A DNA stretch of 64,000 nt, from contig JBBRSP010000020.1 in NCBI GenBank assembly GCA_038245295.1, positions 35,765 through 99,764 on the forward strand, given 5' to 3'. Positions 1 through 9,945 of this stretch are shown piece after piece. The translations under genes were made by a program, and so were the position numbers. Origin of the DNA: Candidatus Binatia bacterium. GTDB lineage: Bacteria; Desulfobacterota; Binatia; HRBIN30. The notes under the pieces were generated by a model. The model was given only the letters and a program-made list of their open reading frames with translations. It was not told where the DNA came from and did not search any database. Within the stretch, counting starts at the first letter, position 1, and each line of letters begins with the position of its first letter.

Positions 1-2418
1 AGTCGCCTGCAGGTCGGCGCGCCTTTCGAAGCGGCGGGCATCCAGGATGCGATCGAGCGCATCCGTGCAACCTATCAAGAGGACGGCTTTGCTCAGGTGC
101 AGGTACGTGTCGAGACGAGCGAGCCGCAGCCGGCGTCGATGCAACTCGTCATCCATGTGCGCGAGGGCAAGCGCCGTTGCGTGGCCGATGTTGTCGTACG
201 CGGTGCACCGCCCGGTTTGGAAGGGCGGGTGCGCCGGGCTCTCGGATTCAAGCGGCGCAGCGAGTATCGGCCGAAGCGTCGTCGCCAGAGCCTCGCCGAC
301 GTAATGAAAGCCTTGCGTAAGGGCGACTTTCTCGAAGCCGATGTCGATGTCGTTTGGACGCCGGACGACGCTAACTGCGGAATTCTGGAAGTTGTGATTG
401 ATGCGGGTCCAAAGGTGCTGCTGTCCGTCGTCGGGAATGAGGCGATCTCCGAGAAACATCTGCTTGCTCTGATCGACTTGAGCCGCCGATTCGTGGTGAG
501 CGACGGCACCTGGCGTGACCTTGGGCGCCGCATCAAACGGGCCTATCAGGAAGAAGGCTACTATCGCGCCGAGGTTGGTGTCGATATCGCGGCAGGCGAT
601 CCAAAACGCATCGTCTACCGAGTCCAGGAGGGGCAGCCGTTCAAGATTGCGTCGGTGGACTTCGAGGGGGCCGTCGGAGTTCCGCCCGAGGTCTTGCGCC
701 GCGGTCTGGTGACCGGGCCGCCCAGCTGGATCCCATGGCGCCAAGGGGTCTTTCTGGATGACGTGTTCCAGCAGGACCTCAAACGGCTGTGGTTCCAGTA
801 TCGGCGGCTTGGCTTTCAAGACGCCGAGATCACCGACTATCGGATCCAGTTCGACGAGAAGCGCGGCGAAATGCGAGTCTTGGTGATTGTCGAGGAGGGG
901 CCCCTGACGACGGTCGGCAGCATCGAGGTGCATGGCTTGCCCGACGACGTGGTACCGCCGAAGCTGCACACGGCGGTGGGGGCGCCGCTCGACAGCGATG
1001 CGCTCGACGACGATCGGCACACGGTTACCAACGCGCTGCTGCGCATGGGATATGCTGAGGCCGCGGTCAAGGCCGAAACCACGTCCCGTCCCGTCGACGA
1101 TGCCAAGCAGGCCGATGTGACGATCACGACAGAGCCCGGCGCACAACGGCACGTCGGCGAAGTGGTGGTTCAGAACAATTTCGAGACTCAAGCCGAGGTC
1201 ATCCGACGCGAGTTGCCGCTGACACCGGGAATGCCGCTCGATCCCGAGGCGCTGCTGCAAGGACAGTCGCGGATCTACCGCCTGGGATTGTTTCGCTCGG
1301 TGGCGGTCGAGCCCGACGCGACGCGCGACGCGCAGGGGCGATCGCCGATCTCCATTCGCGTCGTCGAGAAGCCGCCGTGGTCGGCGCAATCGGGCATCGG
1401 ATACAACTCGCGCGACGGGTTGCGCCTCTTCGTCGAGGCGGGGAACTACAATATGCAAGGGCGCGGGCGGCGTCTCAGCCTGCGCGGCGATGTCAGTCTG
1501 GAGCCCAAGGACTTTTCCAAGCCGAACGAATATGTCGCGAACCTGTCGTTTCGTGAGCCGCGTGTCATCGACAGCTGGTGGAATCTACGCGCCAACCTGA
1601 TCGCGCAGCGGGCGACGCGCTCGATCGATCACTACAGCATCGAACGCTTTGCCTTTGTTCCCGCCATCGATCGCGAAATCTTGTACGGGTTACAGGTCGG
1701 GGCCGAGGTGCAGATCGAAGACGCGCGTCTGTTTGACGTCGAGCCCGATCTCGTCGCCTTCAATCCCCGCGACGTCGGATCCTTGCGCACTGTGGGCTTC
1801 GGACCGTTCATGATTTACGACCGACGCGACGATCCGTTCTCGCCGACACGCGGGACCTATGACTCGATGCGTCTGCGGGTGGCTCCGCCGGGTTTGGGTA
1901 GCGACGTGCCGTTCGCCAAGTTGCAGCTCCAGCACAGTCAGTACGTGCCGATCGCGGCGGGTGTCACCTTCATTTACGCCCTGCGCGGCGGTTGGGCGCA
2001 TACGTTGGATGGCGGCATCGTGCCGTTGCGCGAAAGACTGTTTTTGGGGGGACGCACAACGGTTCGGGGATATGAGGAAAACTCCGTCGGGCCGCGCGGC
2101 GACACGGTCTACGATTCAAACGGCAAGGTTGTGTTCAACGCGCACAACCCGCTCGGTGGCGACTTGGCCATCAATGGCAATGCCGAGATCCGTTTCCCCC
2201 TGATCTTCGGGATCGAAGGGGCAACGTTCTTCGATTGGGGCGCGGTGTACCTGACGCAACGTCCGTTGCGCTTCGAGGATATTCGGTACGGCGCCGGGCC
2301 CGGCTTGCGGTACAACACACCGGTTGGCCCGATTGCTCTCGACTACGGGTTCAAGGTCAACCGCCGTGATGACGAATCGATCGGCGAGTTCCACTTCAGC
2401 ATCGGAGCGAGCTTTTGA
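1..2418 (+). CDS. Omp85-family outer membrane protein (BamA/TamA-like), 5' end outside window
   Basis: Frame is open from base 1. Repeated POTRA-like segments, barrel motif FLGGRTTVRGY, C-terminal FHFSIGASF ending in Phe. Confidence 0.9.
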   Translation, partial: SRLQVGAPFEAAGIQDAIERIRATYQEDGFAQVQVRVETSEPQPASMQLVIHVREGKRRCVADVVVRGAPPGLEGRVRRALGFKRRSEYRPKRRRQSLADVMKALRKGDFLEADVDVVWTPDDANCGILEVVIDAGPKVLLSVVGNEAISEKHLLALIDLSRRFVVSDGTWRDLGRRIKRAYQEEGYYRAEVGVDIAAGDPKRIVYRVQEGQPFKIASVDFEGAVGVPPEVLRRGLVTGPPSWIPWRQGVFLDDVFQQDLKRLWFQYRRLGFQDAEITDYRIQFDEKRGEMRVLVIVEEGPLTTVGSIEVHGLPDDVVPPKLHTAVGAPLDSDALDDDRHTVTNALLRMGYAEAAVKAETTSRPVDDAKQADVTITTEPGAQRHVGEVVVQNNFETQAEVIRRELPLTPGMPLDPEALLQGQSRIYRLGLFRSVAVEPDATRDAQGRSPISIRVVEKPPWSAQSGIGYNSRDGLRLFVEAGNYNMQGRGRRLSLRGDVSLEPKDFSKPNEYVANLSFREPRVIDSWWNLRANLIAQRATRSIDHYSIERFAFVPAIDREILYGLQVGAEVQIEDARLFDVEPDLVAFNPRDVGSLRTVGFGPFMIYDRRDDPFSPTRGTYDSMRLRVAPPGLGSDVPFAKLQLQHSQYVPIAAGVTFIYALRGGWAHTLDGGIVPLRERLFLGGRTTVRGYEENSVGPRGDTVYDSNGKVVFNAHNPLGGDLAINGNAEIRFPLIFGIEGATFFDWGAVYLTQRPLRFEDIRYGAGPGLRYNTPVGPIALDYGFKVNRRDDESIGEFHFSIGASF

Positions 2419-3753
2419 TCACGTCGCAGGGGAAGGGGCCGGACGCTGGCGTTGCAGCGGACCCTCGACGCGGATCTTGCGTAGGCGCCGACCGTCGAGG
2501 ACGACGACCGTCATCTTGAAGGGGCCGTCGACGATGGCCTCGCCGCCTTTGGGGAAGCGTTTGAGGCGTGCCAGAACGAAGCCGGCGATGGTGCGATAGT
2601 CCGAGGTGTCGTCGAATGGGATGCCGTAGCGGTCTTGCAAGGTGGTGAGCGGGATCGAGCCTTGAACCAGAATCGACCCGTCCGGCAGCTCCTGAATCGG
2701 TTGTTCTTCGTCGGTGTCGAACTCGTCGCGGATCTCGCCGACGATTTCTTCCAGAAGGTCTTCGATGGTCAGCAAGCCGATCAAGGTGCCGAACTCGTTG
2801 ACCACCAACGCCATGTGAACGCGGCGGCTTTGCAGCTCGCGCAAAACGTCGCTGATCTGCATCGAGTCGGGTACGAAGTAGGGTTGATGGATTACCAATG
2901 CCAAAGACGCGGGCTGTGGCTTCTCGAGCTCCCGCAAGACGTCCTTGATGTGTACGATGCCGATGACGTGATCCAGGTCATCCTTATACACGGGCAAGCG
3001 CGAGAACCCGGTTTCGACGACAGTACGAGAGATTTCGGTCAGCGGCGCGGTTTCCGGCACGGCGTGTACTTCCGAGCGCGGCACCATGACATCGCGTACG
3101 GAGGTGTCGGTGAACTCGAAGACACTATGGATGAGCTGGCGCTCCGCTTCGTCGAAAATGCCGTGGCGCGTTCCCTCGTGCACCATGTGTTTCACTTCTT
3201 CCTCGGAGATGTAGACCTCTTCGGCTTTGCCTTCTTGTGCCAGCAGACGCAGCAACAGGTCCGTCGAGCCGGTCAAGAGTCGCACCAGTGGCCCAGCCAC
3301 TTTGGCGAGCATGGAGACGGGCACGGCGGCGAGGAAGGCGACCCGTTCGCTATGCCTCAGAGCGAATGACTTCGGCGTCAGCTCACCGAGCACGAGCGTG
3401 AAATACGAAATCACCGCGACGGTCACGGTGAGTGAGATTGCATCGCTGTAGCTGGCGATGGACTCGGGCAAGTGCGGCGCCAGGAACGCGCTCAGGTAGG
3501 TGATGGCGGCGGCGCCGCCGATGACGGAGGCCATGGAGCTGATGACGGTGACGCCGATCTGCACCGTCGCCAGGAATCGGCCGGGATCTTCCTTGAGGGC
3601 GGCGACCAGAGGGGCACGCGGGTGCGACTCCGCGATCAGTTGCGCCAGGCGGCTTTTTCGAATCGAGACCAGCGCAATTTCAGCGGCTGAGAAAAAGCCA
3701 TTGGCCAAAATCAGGAAAAAGACAGCCAGTAGTTCCCATCCTGCTTCGCCCAT
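2419..3753 (-). CDS. HlyC/CorC (CNNM) family transporter with CBS domains
   Basis: N-terminal ANGFFSAAEIA, GELTPKS, VMVPR, FSRLPVY, TIEDLLEEIVGEIRDEFD, C-terminal CorC domain. Confidence 0.92.
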   Translation of the reverse strand: MGEAGWELLAVFFLILANGFFSAAEIALVSIRKSRLAQLIAESHPRAPLVAALKEDPGRFLATVQIGVTVISSMASVIGGAAAITYLSAFLAPHLPESIASYSDAISLTVTVAVISYFTLVLGELTPKSFALRHSERVAFLAAVPVSMLAKVAGPLVRLLTGSTDLLLRLLAQEGKAEEVYISEEEVKHMVHEGTRHGIFDEAERQLIHSVFEFTDTSVRDVMVPRSEVHAVPETAPLTEISRTVVETGFSRLPVYKDDLDHVIGIVHIKDVLRELEKPQPASLALVIHQPYFVPDSMQISDVLRELQSRRVHMALVVNEFGTLIGLLTIEDLLEEIVGEIRDEFDTDEEQPIQELPDGSILVQGSIPLTTLQDRYGIPFDDTSDYRTIAGFVLARLKRFPKGGEAIVDGPFKMTVVVLDGRRLRKIRVEGPLQRQRPAPSPAT

Positions 3754-3788
3754 GACTGTCGTACGATAGCGTCGACCCGGGCCGACGG

Positions 3789-5087
3789 CTAGCGCTCCTC
3801 GGTTGAAGTCAGGCTGGGGGCAATGCCGGAGTGCACATGGCGTTGGAAAAAGCTGCGGAAACGTCGGCCACTGACGTCCTCGACGACTCGTTCGAAGGTC
3901 GCCGTGTTGATCTTTCCAGGCTCGGCAACAAGGCGCCGCACGACATCATCGAGGCGCAGCTGACCGGATGTCGCTCGTTGGATGCGTTGATCGAGGGCGT
4001 AGAGCACAGCCGGCGCACTATTATTTGTCGCGGCGCCGTCCTTCTGCTGCGTCAGGTCGAGGTTCCACGCGCCGTACTTGACGAAAAGGCCGAGGGCGCG
4101 TTTGAAGTCACCTTCGCTGACCAACCCGGTACGGCGCTGCAACTCGATCGAGTAATACTCGGCCAGGCCTTCGGTGAGCCAGTCGGCGTCGGCGGCGAAG
4201 CGGAAGGTCTGCAACACATGAAACAGCTCATGGAGAAACGGTGATGTGTGATCCGGGGTGCGCAACGGTCGCGACGCGTGCATGAAGAACGATCCGCGGG
4301 CGCTGAGACCACCATGCCATAGGGGGTCCGGAGCCGAGACGATGAGAACCGATTGCGGTTCGGCCGACAGCAAGTGTTGAAGCGGTGGCAAGGCGCGTTC
4401 GAGAAAACGAAACAACGTCGCGGGGTCGATCCCCGTGCCCGCGGCGCGTGCGATGCGAATCATCAGGCCGGCGATTTCCTGATGCGCCGAGGCGAAGTTT
4501 CCAAGGATGAACCAGCCGCTGGGCTTGGCGAGGATGTGGGCCCCGGCATCGATCCCGAAGACGTTCGGCCCCAGTCGAGGCAGACTGCTCTCGGTTTCCC
4601 AGCCGGCCGGGGTGCGGAAGATCAATCGGCCGCGAGCCCGGGCGGCCGTTCCGTCGCGCGTGCGAATCGACGTGCGCGGGAAGAGATCGCGGGCGCGGGT
4701 GACGATCCAGCCATCCCCGCTGAAGCTGTCGAAGCGGCCTTTGCCGCCGCGCCGGTGGTCGATGGCGACGTCGTAACTCAGGTGGTTGAACGGGCCACGC
4801 AGGGTCCACTCAATCTCGTGGGCGAGGACGACGCTGCCGGAGCCCTCGACGTTTGACAGGCGGCCGTCGGCAGGCACCTTGAGGTGCAAACTCGTTATCT
4901 CATCGGCGCCGCTGAGCTCCCAGCGGATATGCGCCCGTTTCGGATCTGTAGCGGAGATCTCGACGATGTAGTCGACCGAGAACGTCGTCCGCGCGGGCGC
5001 GGGCGACGCGGCATTGGCTTGCGTCACGACGCGGAGACAGCACGATCCGAGCAACAGGAGGTGCCAGGCGTGACGGGCCCGACTCAC
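3789..5087 (-). CDS. Secreted gluzincin-type metallopeptidase-like protein (M61/M1-like)
   Basis: Signal-peptide-like N-terminus; HELFH followed by WLTEGLAEYY. Confidence 0.7.
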   Translation of the reverse strand: MSRARHAWHLLLLGSCCLRVVTQANAASPAPARTTFSVDYIVEISATDPKRAHIRWELSGADEITSLHLKVPADGRLSNVEGSGSVVLAHEIEWTLRGPFNHLSYDVAIDHRRGGKGRFDSFSGDGWIVTRARDLFPRTSIRTRDGTAARARGRLIFRTPAGWETESSLPRLGPNVFGIDAGAHILAKPSGWFILGNFASAHQEIAGLMIRIARAAGTGIDPATLFRFLERALPPLQHLLSAEPQSVLIVSAPDPLWHGGLSARGSFFMHASRPLRTPDHTSPFLHELFHVLQTFRFAADADWLTEGLAEYYSIELQRRTGLVSEGDFKRALGLFVKYGAWNLDLTQQKDGAATNNSAPAVLYALDQRIQRATSGQLRLDDVVRRLVAEPGKINTATFERVVEDVSGRRFRSFFQRHVHSGIAPSLTSTEER

Positions 5088-5608
5088 GGCGGTGATGGCG
5101 GCGCGGCGAGGAGGTTCTCGAAGTAGCTATACGATTGTGGGGTGTCCCACTCCTCGGGGCCGATGAATCTCTGCACGATGCGACCGTCGCGATCGATGAT
5201 GAACGTTTCCGGATAACCCGTCACACCGAGCGGCTCCGGCAAGATCCCTCGAGGGTCGTGCAGTACAGGAAAGGTGAGTCTCATTTCACTGACGAATTGG
5301 CGCACGCGTGCCGCGTCGGTGTCTTCGCTGACCGCCAAAATCACGAAGTCGCGGCCGGCGAAGTGGCGATGCAGTTGTTCCATCGAGGGCATCTCTTGGC
5401 GACACGGTGGGCACCATGTCGCCCACAGGTTCAGGAAAACGATCTTTCCGCGATAGTCGCTGAGACGATTTGCCCGCCCGGCCAGGTCGGCAAGGCTAAA
5501 CTCTGGAGCCAGCGACTCGGCCGGTTGCCGGCTGACCCGCTGCTGCAGGAAGATCGCGGCGGTCAGGGCGATCGCCAGCGTCAGGACGGGGAAAATCCAA
5601 CGCTTCAT
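5084..5608 (-). CDS. TlpA/ResA-family thiol-disulfide oxidoreductase
   Basis: N-terminal membrane anchor, NLWATWCPPCRQEMP, GYPETFIID. Confidence 0.92.
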   Translation of the reverse strand: MKRWIFPVLTLAIALTAAIFLQQRVSRQPAESLAPEFSLADLAGRANRLSDYRGKIVFLNLWATWCPPCRQEMPSMEQLHRHFAGRDFVILAVSEDTDAARVRQFVSEMRLTFPVLHDPRGILPEPLGVTGYPETFIIDRDGRIVQRFIGPEEWDTPQSYSYFENLLAAPPSPP

Positions 5609-6384
5609 TGCTCGGCAGCGCGCAGCGGCTTGGCAGTCTCGCGGTGTGATGCCAGTTGCCAGGCGCCGATGGAGATCAGGGCGATACTAATCCATTGGGA
5701 CAGGCTCAGCCCCAGGGCGTAGCGCGGGTTGATGCGTGCAAATTCGATGACGAAACGCGCCGAGCTGCCGAGGATGAAGTAGAGCCACAGGAGGGTGCTG
5801 TCGCGGTGTGGACGCTTACGCAGCGACCACAGGATGGCAAAGATGATGCTGTAGGCGATCGTTTCGTAGATCGGCGTCGGATGGACGTACACTCCGGGGG
5901 GATAGGGCCAGCCGACAATGGCGTTCGGGTAGGCTCTACCCCAGGGAAGGTCGGTGACGGTACCCCAGTCGCCGTCGCCGGCCAGCTCGCAGCCGATGCG
6001 GCCGATGGCGTGTCCGAGCGCCAGCACTGGGGCGATGCAATCGACGGTGGCCGCCCACGGCATTGAATGTTTGCGAATCGTCATGGTGACGGCCAGAAAG
6101 CCGCCGATGAGGCCGCCATACCAGGTGAAGCCGGCGCCGGTGAAGATGCCGTGAATCGGGTCGGCGAGGAATCCGGGTAAATCCTCCAGGATGGAGAGGA
6201 TTCGAGATCCGACGAGACCACCAATCGCCGCCCAGAAGACCATCGTGGAGGCCATCTCAGGGTCAAGGTCTCGGCGTTTGAGCTCGGCGGTGAGGATCCA
6301 ACCGCCGACCAGAAACGCGATGGCCATCATCAGCCCGTAGCTGTAGATGGTGATCGGTCCGAGGTGCAGGATGACGGGATACAT
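5605..6384 (-). CDS. lgt: Prolipoprotein diacylglyceryl transferase
   Basis: Starts MYPVIL..YSYG; WYGGLIGG, IGRIGC, HPTPIYE, RFVIEFAR. Start reassigned to ATG at 6384. Confidence 0.92.
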   Translation of the reverse strand: MYPVILHLGPITIYSYGLMMAIAFLVGGWILTAELKRRDLDPEMASTMVFWAAIGGLVGSRILSILEDLPGFLADPIHGIFTGAGFTWYGGLIGGFLAVTMTIRKHSMPWAATVDCIAPVLALGHAIGRIGCELAGDGDWGTVTDLPWGRAYPNAIVGWPYPPGVYVHPTPIYETIAYSIIFAILWSLRKRPHRDSTLLWLYFILGSSARFVIEFARINPRYALGLSLSQWISIALISIGAWQLASHRETAKPLRAAEQ

Positions 6385-6522
6385 GCGGCGCGACTCTAGC
6401 CGACGCTCGACGGCCCCGCCACAACCTGCCCTCGGTTGAGGCACAAATGGGCCGTCGTGCTTACGCGTCAACGCCGTCGAAATGAAATCCGATCATTAGT
6501 CGGCAACCCGCCCCGGATTACG

Positions 6523-6551
6523 TTGACAAGGCGCTAGCCTGTTTCTATGGA
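6523..6551 (+). promoter_or_regulatory. Putative sigma70 promoter
   Basis: TTGACA-17 nt-TATGGA upstream of ORF 6579. Confidence 0.4.
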
Positions 6552-6578
6552 GAGCACGCGTTTGGGAGCAAAAAAACC

Positions 6579-6971
6579 ATGCGAATGATCCTGCCGCCCC
6601 TGCGGGAACGTCGTCTAATTCAGCGATATCTGGAGTCTTTTTTCCGTCTCCATAAAGACGCGGACTTCAACCGCGCGGTCGGAGCCATCTGTCGCTTCTA
6701 CCGTCTGCGAAAGCCGCGGATCCAGTGGTTCGAGTATCTGGATTGGGGCAGGGCGGCTGGTAAGACCTACGAGAACGGCAAGATACACCTCGTTCACCCT
6801 GAAAATTGGAAGAATGGTCGTAAATACAACTCCGAACGCCAGTGGATCAACGCGGTCTACCACGAGTTCGGGCATTACATGTTGTGGACGGATGCTGAGC
6901 GCAAGGCCGACACGTTTGCGGTCCGTATGGCCCGTGGCACGTCGTCGCAACGTCTCAGTCGCGCCGCCTAA
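6579..6971 (+). CDS. Small hypothetical protein with HExxH (zincin-like) motif
   Basis: GGAG ribosome-binding site; YHEFGHY followed by ERKADTFA. Confidence 0.7.
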   Translation: MRMILPPLRERRLIQRYLESFFRLHKDADFNRAVGAICRFYRLRKPRIQWFEYLDWGRAAGKTYENGKIHLVHPENWKNGRKYNSERQWINAVYHEFGHYMLWTDAERKADTFAVRMARGTSSQRLSRAA

Positions 6972-6991
6972 CGGCGAGATCGGGCTAATCC

Positions 6992-7555
6992 ATGGTGCTT
7001 GATCCGAATCAGGAAGAACCCGCCAAGGAGGGTGCCGACGAAGCCGGTACCAAGTGGTGGGTCGATGTAACCGAACGAGTTCAGGCGAAACGTCCCGCCG
7101 GTCCGGCTGGCATGAGCTTTTTTACGGTGGCGCACGACTTTGAGCAGGAAAAGGCCAAGGAACGCCTGACCGACATCAATCCGAAGATCCTCGCGGCGGC
7201 CAATCCACCGCAAGGTGGCTGGGCCTACATTTCCCTCGCCGAGACCACGTATCCCGAAAAAGAACGTGAACGTTTGATGGGCCTGGTGGCCCTGCCAAGT
7301 TACGCCCGCGGGGTTTTTGTCGATTGCGGGCGCTCGGTGCGGATGTTGGTGACCGGTACCCCGCAGGGCGAGCGCCTATTGGATCTGACTCTCAGCGACG
7401 CCCCGTCGTTTGATTGCTGGATCCACAACGACTGGGTGCGCGAGCAACTCTTCGATGATGTCGAGTCGGCGGTGCTCGCCTTCCGCGGCCTTGTCGTGCA
7501 GTATCTATCGCCGAAGAGCATCGCCCTCTACGATTCGATCCAGGCGCGCGTCTGA
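6992..7555 (+). CDS. Hypothetical protein
   Basis: 187 aa ORF filling the gap downstream of 6579-6971, protein-like composition. Confidence 0.65.
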   Translation: MVLDPNQEEPAKEGADEAGTKWWVDVTERVQAKRPAGPAGMSFFTVAHDFEQEKAKERLTDINPKILAAANPPQGGWAYISLAETTYPEKERERLMGLVALPSYARGVFVDCGRSVRMLVTGTPQGERLLDLTLSDAPSFDCWIHNDWVREQLFDDVESAVLAFRGLVVQYLSPKSIALYDSIQARV

Positions 7556-7562
7556 CCTCTCT

Positions 7563-9935
7563 CTATTTAAAGTCCTCGGTAAACAGCACCTGCTGAACGT
7601 AGACGAAGCGTGGCGTCAGCGGTGGCAGGTTGGCGACGTTGTTGAAGAAATAATCATAGTTGTACTGGCGCAGTGGGGGGTTGTAGATGTTGCAGCCGCT
7701 GCCGCTTCCGCCGCCGGTACCACACCATCCGCCGTTGACATGTTCAGGTGTCCCGAGGCTGACGAAAGAACCCCAATAGTTCAGGGTAGTGCCTCCCCAG
7801 CTCTCATGGAAGCGAGGATAATTCTCAAGTCCACCGTTGTAGTTACCGCCAACCGTGTTGTCGACGCCGCCGATTAGACCCGCATTGATCCAGACCCCAT
7901 TGCCGGCGCGACCGGAGTCACCGAGGTCACGATTGCTCTGACTGTCGTTGGCCCAGTTTCGATCGTTGGCAAAATAGTTGTTCGACAGCACGTTTATACT
8001 ATCTGCCATGACGGCGACGGGTTGCTTCGGCAGACTAGCGGGCACAAACACCGGTGCCCCGTTCGCCGTGCCGATATTGAGGTCTCCCTGGATATAGCCT
8101 GCCTGATCACTAACGATTGTTATGCCCGTGGGATCGGCGCCGACACCGGGCGCGATGGGAAAGGGCAGATTTCTCGACCCAAAAATGCGCATGCCGTAGT
8201 TGTTTATACCGCCGGAGAGTGGTCCGACGACGGTAAGGAACAAGACGACACCGCCATCCGTCGAGTCGGCCGGATCGAACAACTGTGACCCGGCTGGTTG
8301 CGCCGCATTCCAACGCAGAAGATCGCCAACGTTGACGTTGAGCAGGAGCATCCACTTATGCTCGCGAATGTTGTAGAACCCGCCCCGACGGTAATCTAGA
8401 TCGCCGAGCATTCCAGGCTGAGTGCACGCCCCGGTTCCCCACGCACCGTTGCAGTATTGTCCTGACGGCGTAACACCACCCGACGTGCTGTAGTTCGTGT
8501 AAGTTCGACGGTACGGAACCTTGTCGAGAGATTCGTTTGCCGAGGTGAGCATTGGGCCCCACGTCGGGGTTGGGGTCGGGTTTGGGACGAATCCCTGTCG
8601 CCAGCCAATGCCTCGAGTCGTAGGAACCTGTGGATAGCAGTTCACTGACGTGTTGGTGCAGTTTGTATAGTTGGCGTCTGAGCAGGTGCACTGAGGAGCC
8701 CCAGTTACCGTGTTGTTGTTGGTGACCGGCACGTCGGTATAGAAGATCGGCCTGGTTCCCAGCATCGTTCCCGTTGCCGAACTCGCGGCACCATTGCAGT
8801 AGACTCCGTTAGCTTGCAACGATGTCATGAAGTCATAGAGGAGCGCGGTCTTCGCCGCGTTCACCGTCTGATCGGCGTTTAGCACTTGGATGCTGTTCGC
8901 CAGCGTCGGGGCGGTACCGTGTGTGAACCCGGCCGTTCTGTTCGGGCACGCGGTAATCTGCGCAGCGGTGGGCAGCGGAAGGGAGCCCTGGGTTCCGACC
9001 ATAAGTGCGATGCGCAGGTCGGCCTTGTCCCAATATGTATTCCCAGCGCCGCGATGAAAGATGTCAGGCGTCGGCGGGTTGATGCTGTCGACGGCGTTAA
9101 CGATGCTGCCCTTCCATCCAGTCAGCGTCGCCGTCGGAACGATATTCGAGGCGCCGTTGATGCAATCCAAGGCGGCGGGGTCAAGGTCGCCCACCGGAGC
9201 TACCTTATCCTCAAGTTTATCGATGGTGACCAAGCCGTTGCAGCTCCCATTGTTCTTGCGCCCGCGGTAGATGTTGTTCTTGGCCGTGACCTGCACTGAT
9301 GTGACGCCTTGTGCGGGCCAGTCCTCGATGTATAGGCCACTGGCGCGACCGTTCGTCTGAGTGTTCGGGTTTGCGTCGGTGTTCAAGTAGAGGTTGCCGT
9401 TTGTGTGCACCCGGCCGGTCAAGTTCATGTTCGCGCCGGGGAGGATTTCCAGGTCGTTGGCATAGAAGGCGACAAACTGGAAAAGTGGGATGTTGCCGAC
9501 CAGAAATTCAGCGCCTACCGAGGCTTCATCATCCGAGCGGGCCGTATTCGTTGCCTTCGATGTCACGGTGTAGCCGTACTCAAGGGAATGAAGGCCCGCG
9601 AACAACTGTCCAGCCGGAATGATGATGTCTTTGGGGTTCCCGATTTTCTCGGTCAGCTGGTAGGATACCAGGCGACCGCTGATGGTAGAGGTGCGCGGAC
9701 TAAAATCGGTTCCGACGGGGATTGAGTAGTTCAAGAATTTCGTTTTGAACTCGCCCATTCCTTGGCTCAGTCCAGATTCGGCAGCGAAGAAGCCCGTGAT
9801 GGTTTGCCCCAGCGCACCGGTCATCTGAACGTCGATGCGCGACTTGATGACTATCCCAGCGCAGAGGGCCATCAGAATCGACAAGACCACCAGGACTGCG
9901 ATCAGGGCCACTCCACGTTGGTTTGGATTTTTCAT
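7563..9935 (-). CDS. PilX/GspK-like minor pilin with large Cys/Asn/Gly-rich C-terminal domain
   Basis: QRG|VALIAVLVV prepilin site lacking Glu5, FFAAESGL, 790 aa. Confidence 0.8.
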   Translation of the reverse strand: MKNPNQRGVALIAVLVVLSILMALCAGIVIKSRIDVQMTGALGQTITGFFAAESGLSQGMGEFKTKFLNYSIPVGTDFSPRTSTISGRLVSYQLTEKIGNPKDIIIPAGQLFAGLHSLEYGYTVTSKATNTARSDDEASVGAEFLVGNIPLFQFVAFYANDLEILPGANMNLTGRVHTNGNLYLNTDANPNTQTNGRASGLYIEDWPAQGVTSVQVTAKNNIYRGRKNNGSCNGLVTIDKLEDKVAPVGDLDPAALDCINGASNIVPTATLTGWKGSIVNAVDSINPPTPDIFHRGAGNTYWDKADLRIALMVGTQGSLPLPTAAQITACPNRTAGFTHGTAPTLANSIQVLNADQTVNAAKTALLYDFMTSLQANGVYCNGAASSATGTMLGTRPIFYTDVPVTNNNTVTGAPQCTCSDANYTNCTNTSVNCYPQVPTTRGIGWRQGFVPNPTPTPTWGPMLTSANESLDKVPYRRTYTNYSTSGGVTPSGQYCNGAWGTGACTQPGMLGDLDYRRGGFYNIREHKWMLLLNVNVGDLLRWNAAQPAGSQLFDPADSTDGGVVLFLTVVGPLSGGINNYGMRIFGSRNLPFPIAPGVGADPTGITIVSDQAGYIQGDLNIGTANGAPVFVPASLPKQPVAVMADSINVLSNNYFANDRNWANDSQSNRDLGDSGRAGNGVWINAGLIGGVDNTVGGNYNGGLENYPRFHESWGGTTLNYWGSFVSLGTPEHVNGGWCGTGGGSGSGCNIYNPPLRQYNYDYFFNNVANLPPLTPRFVYVQQVLFTEDFK

Positions 9936-9945
9936 GGCACAACCA

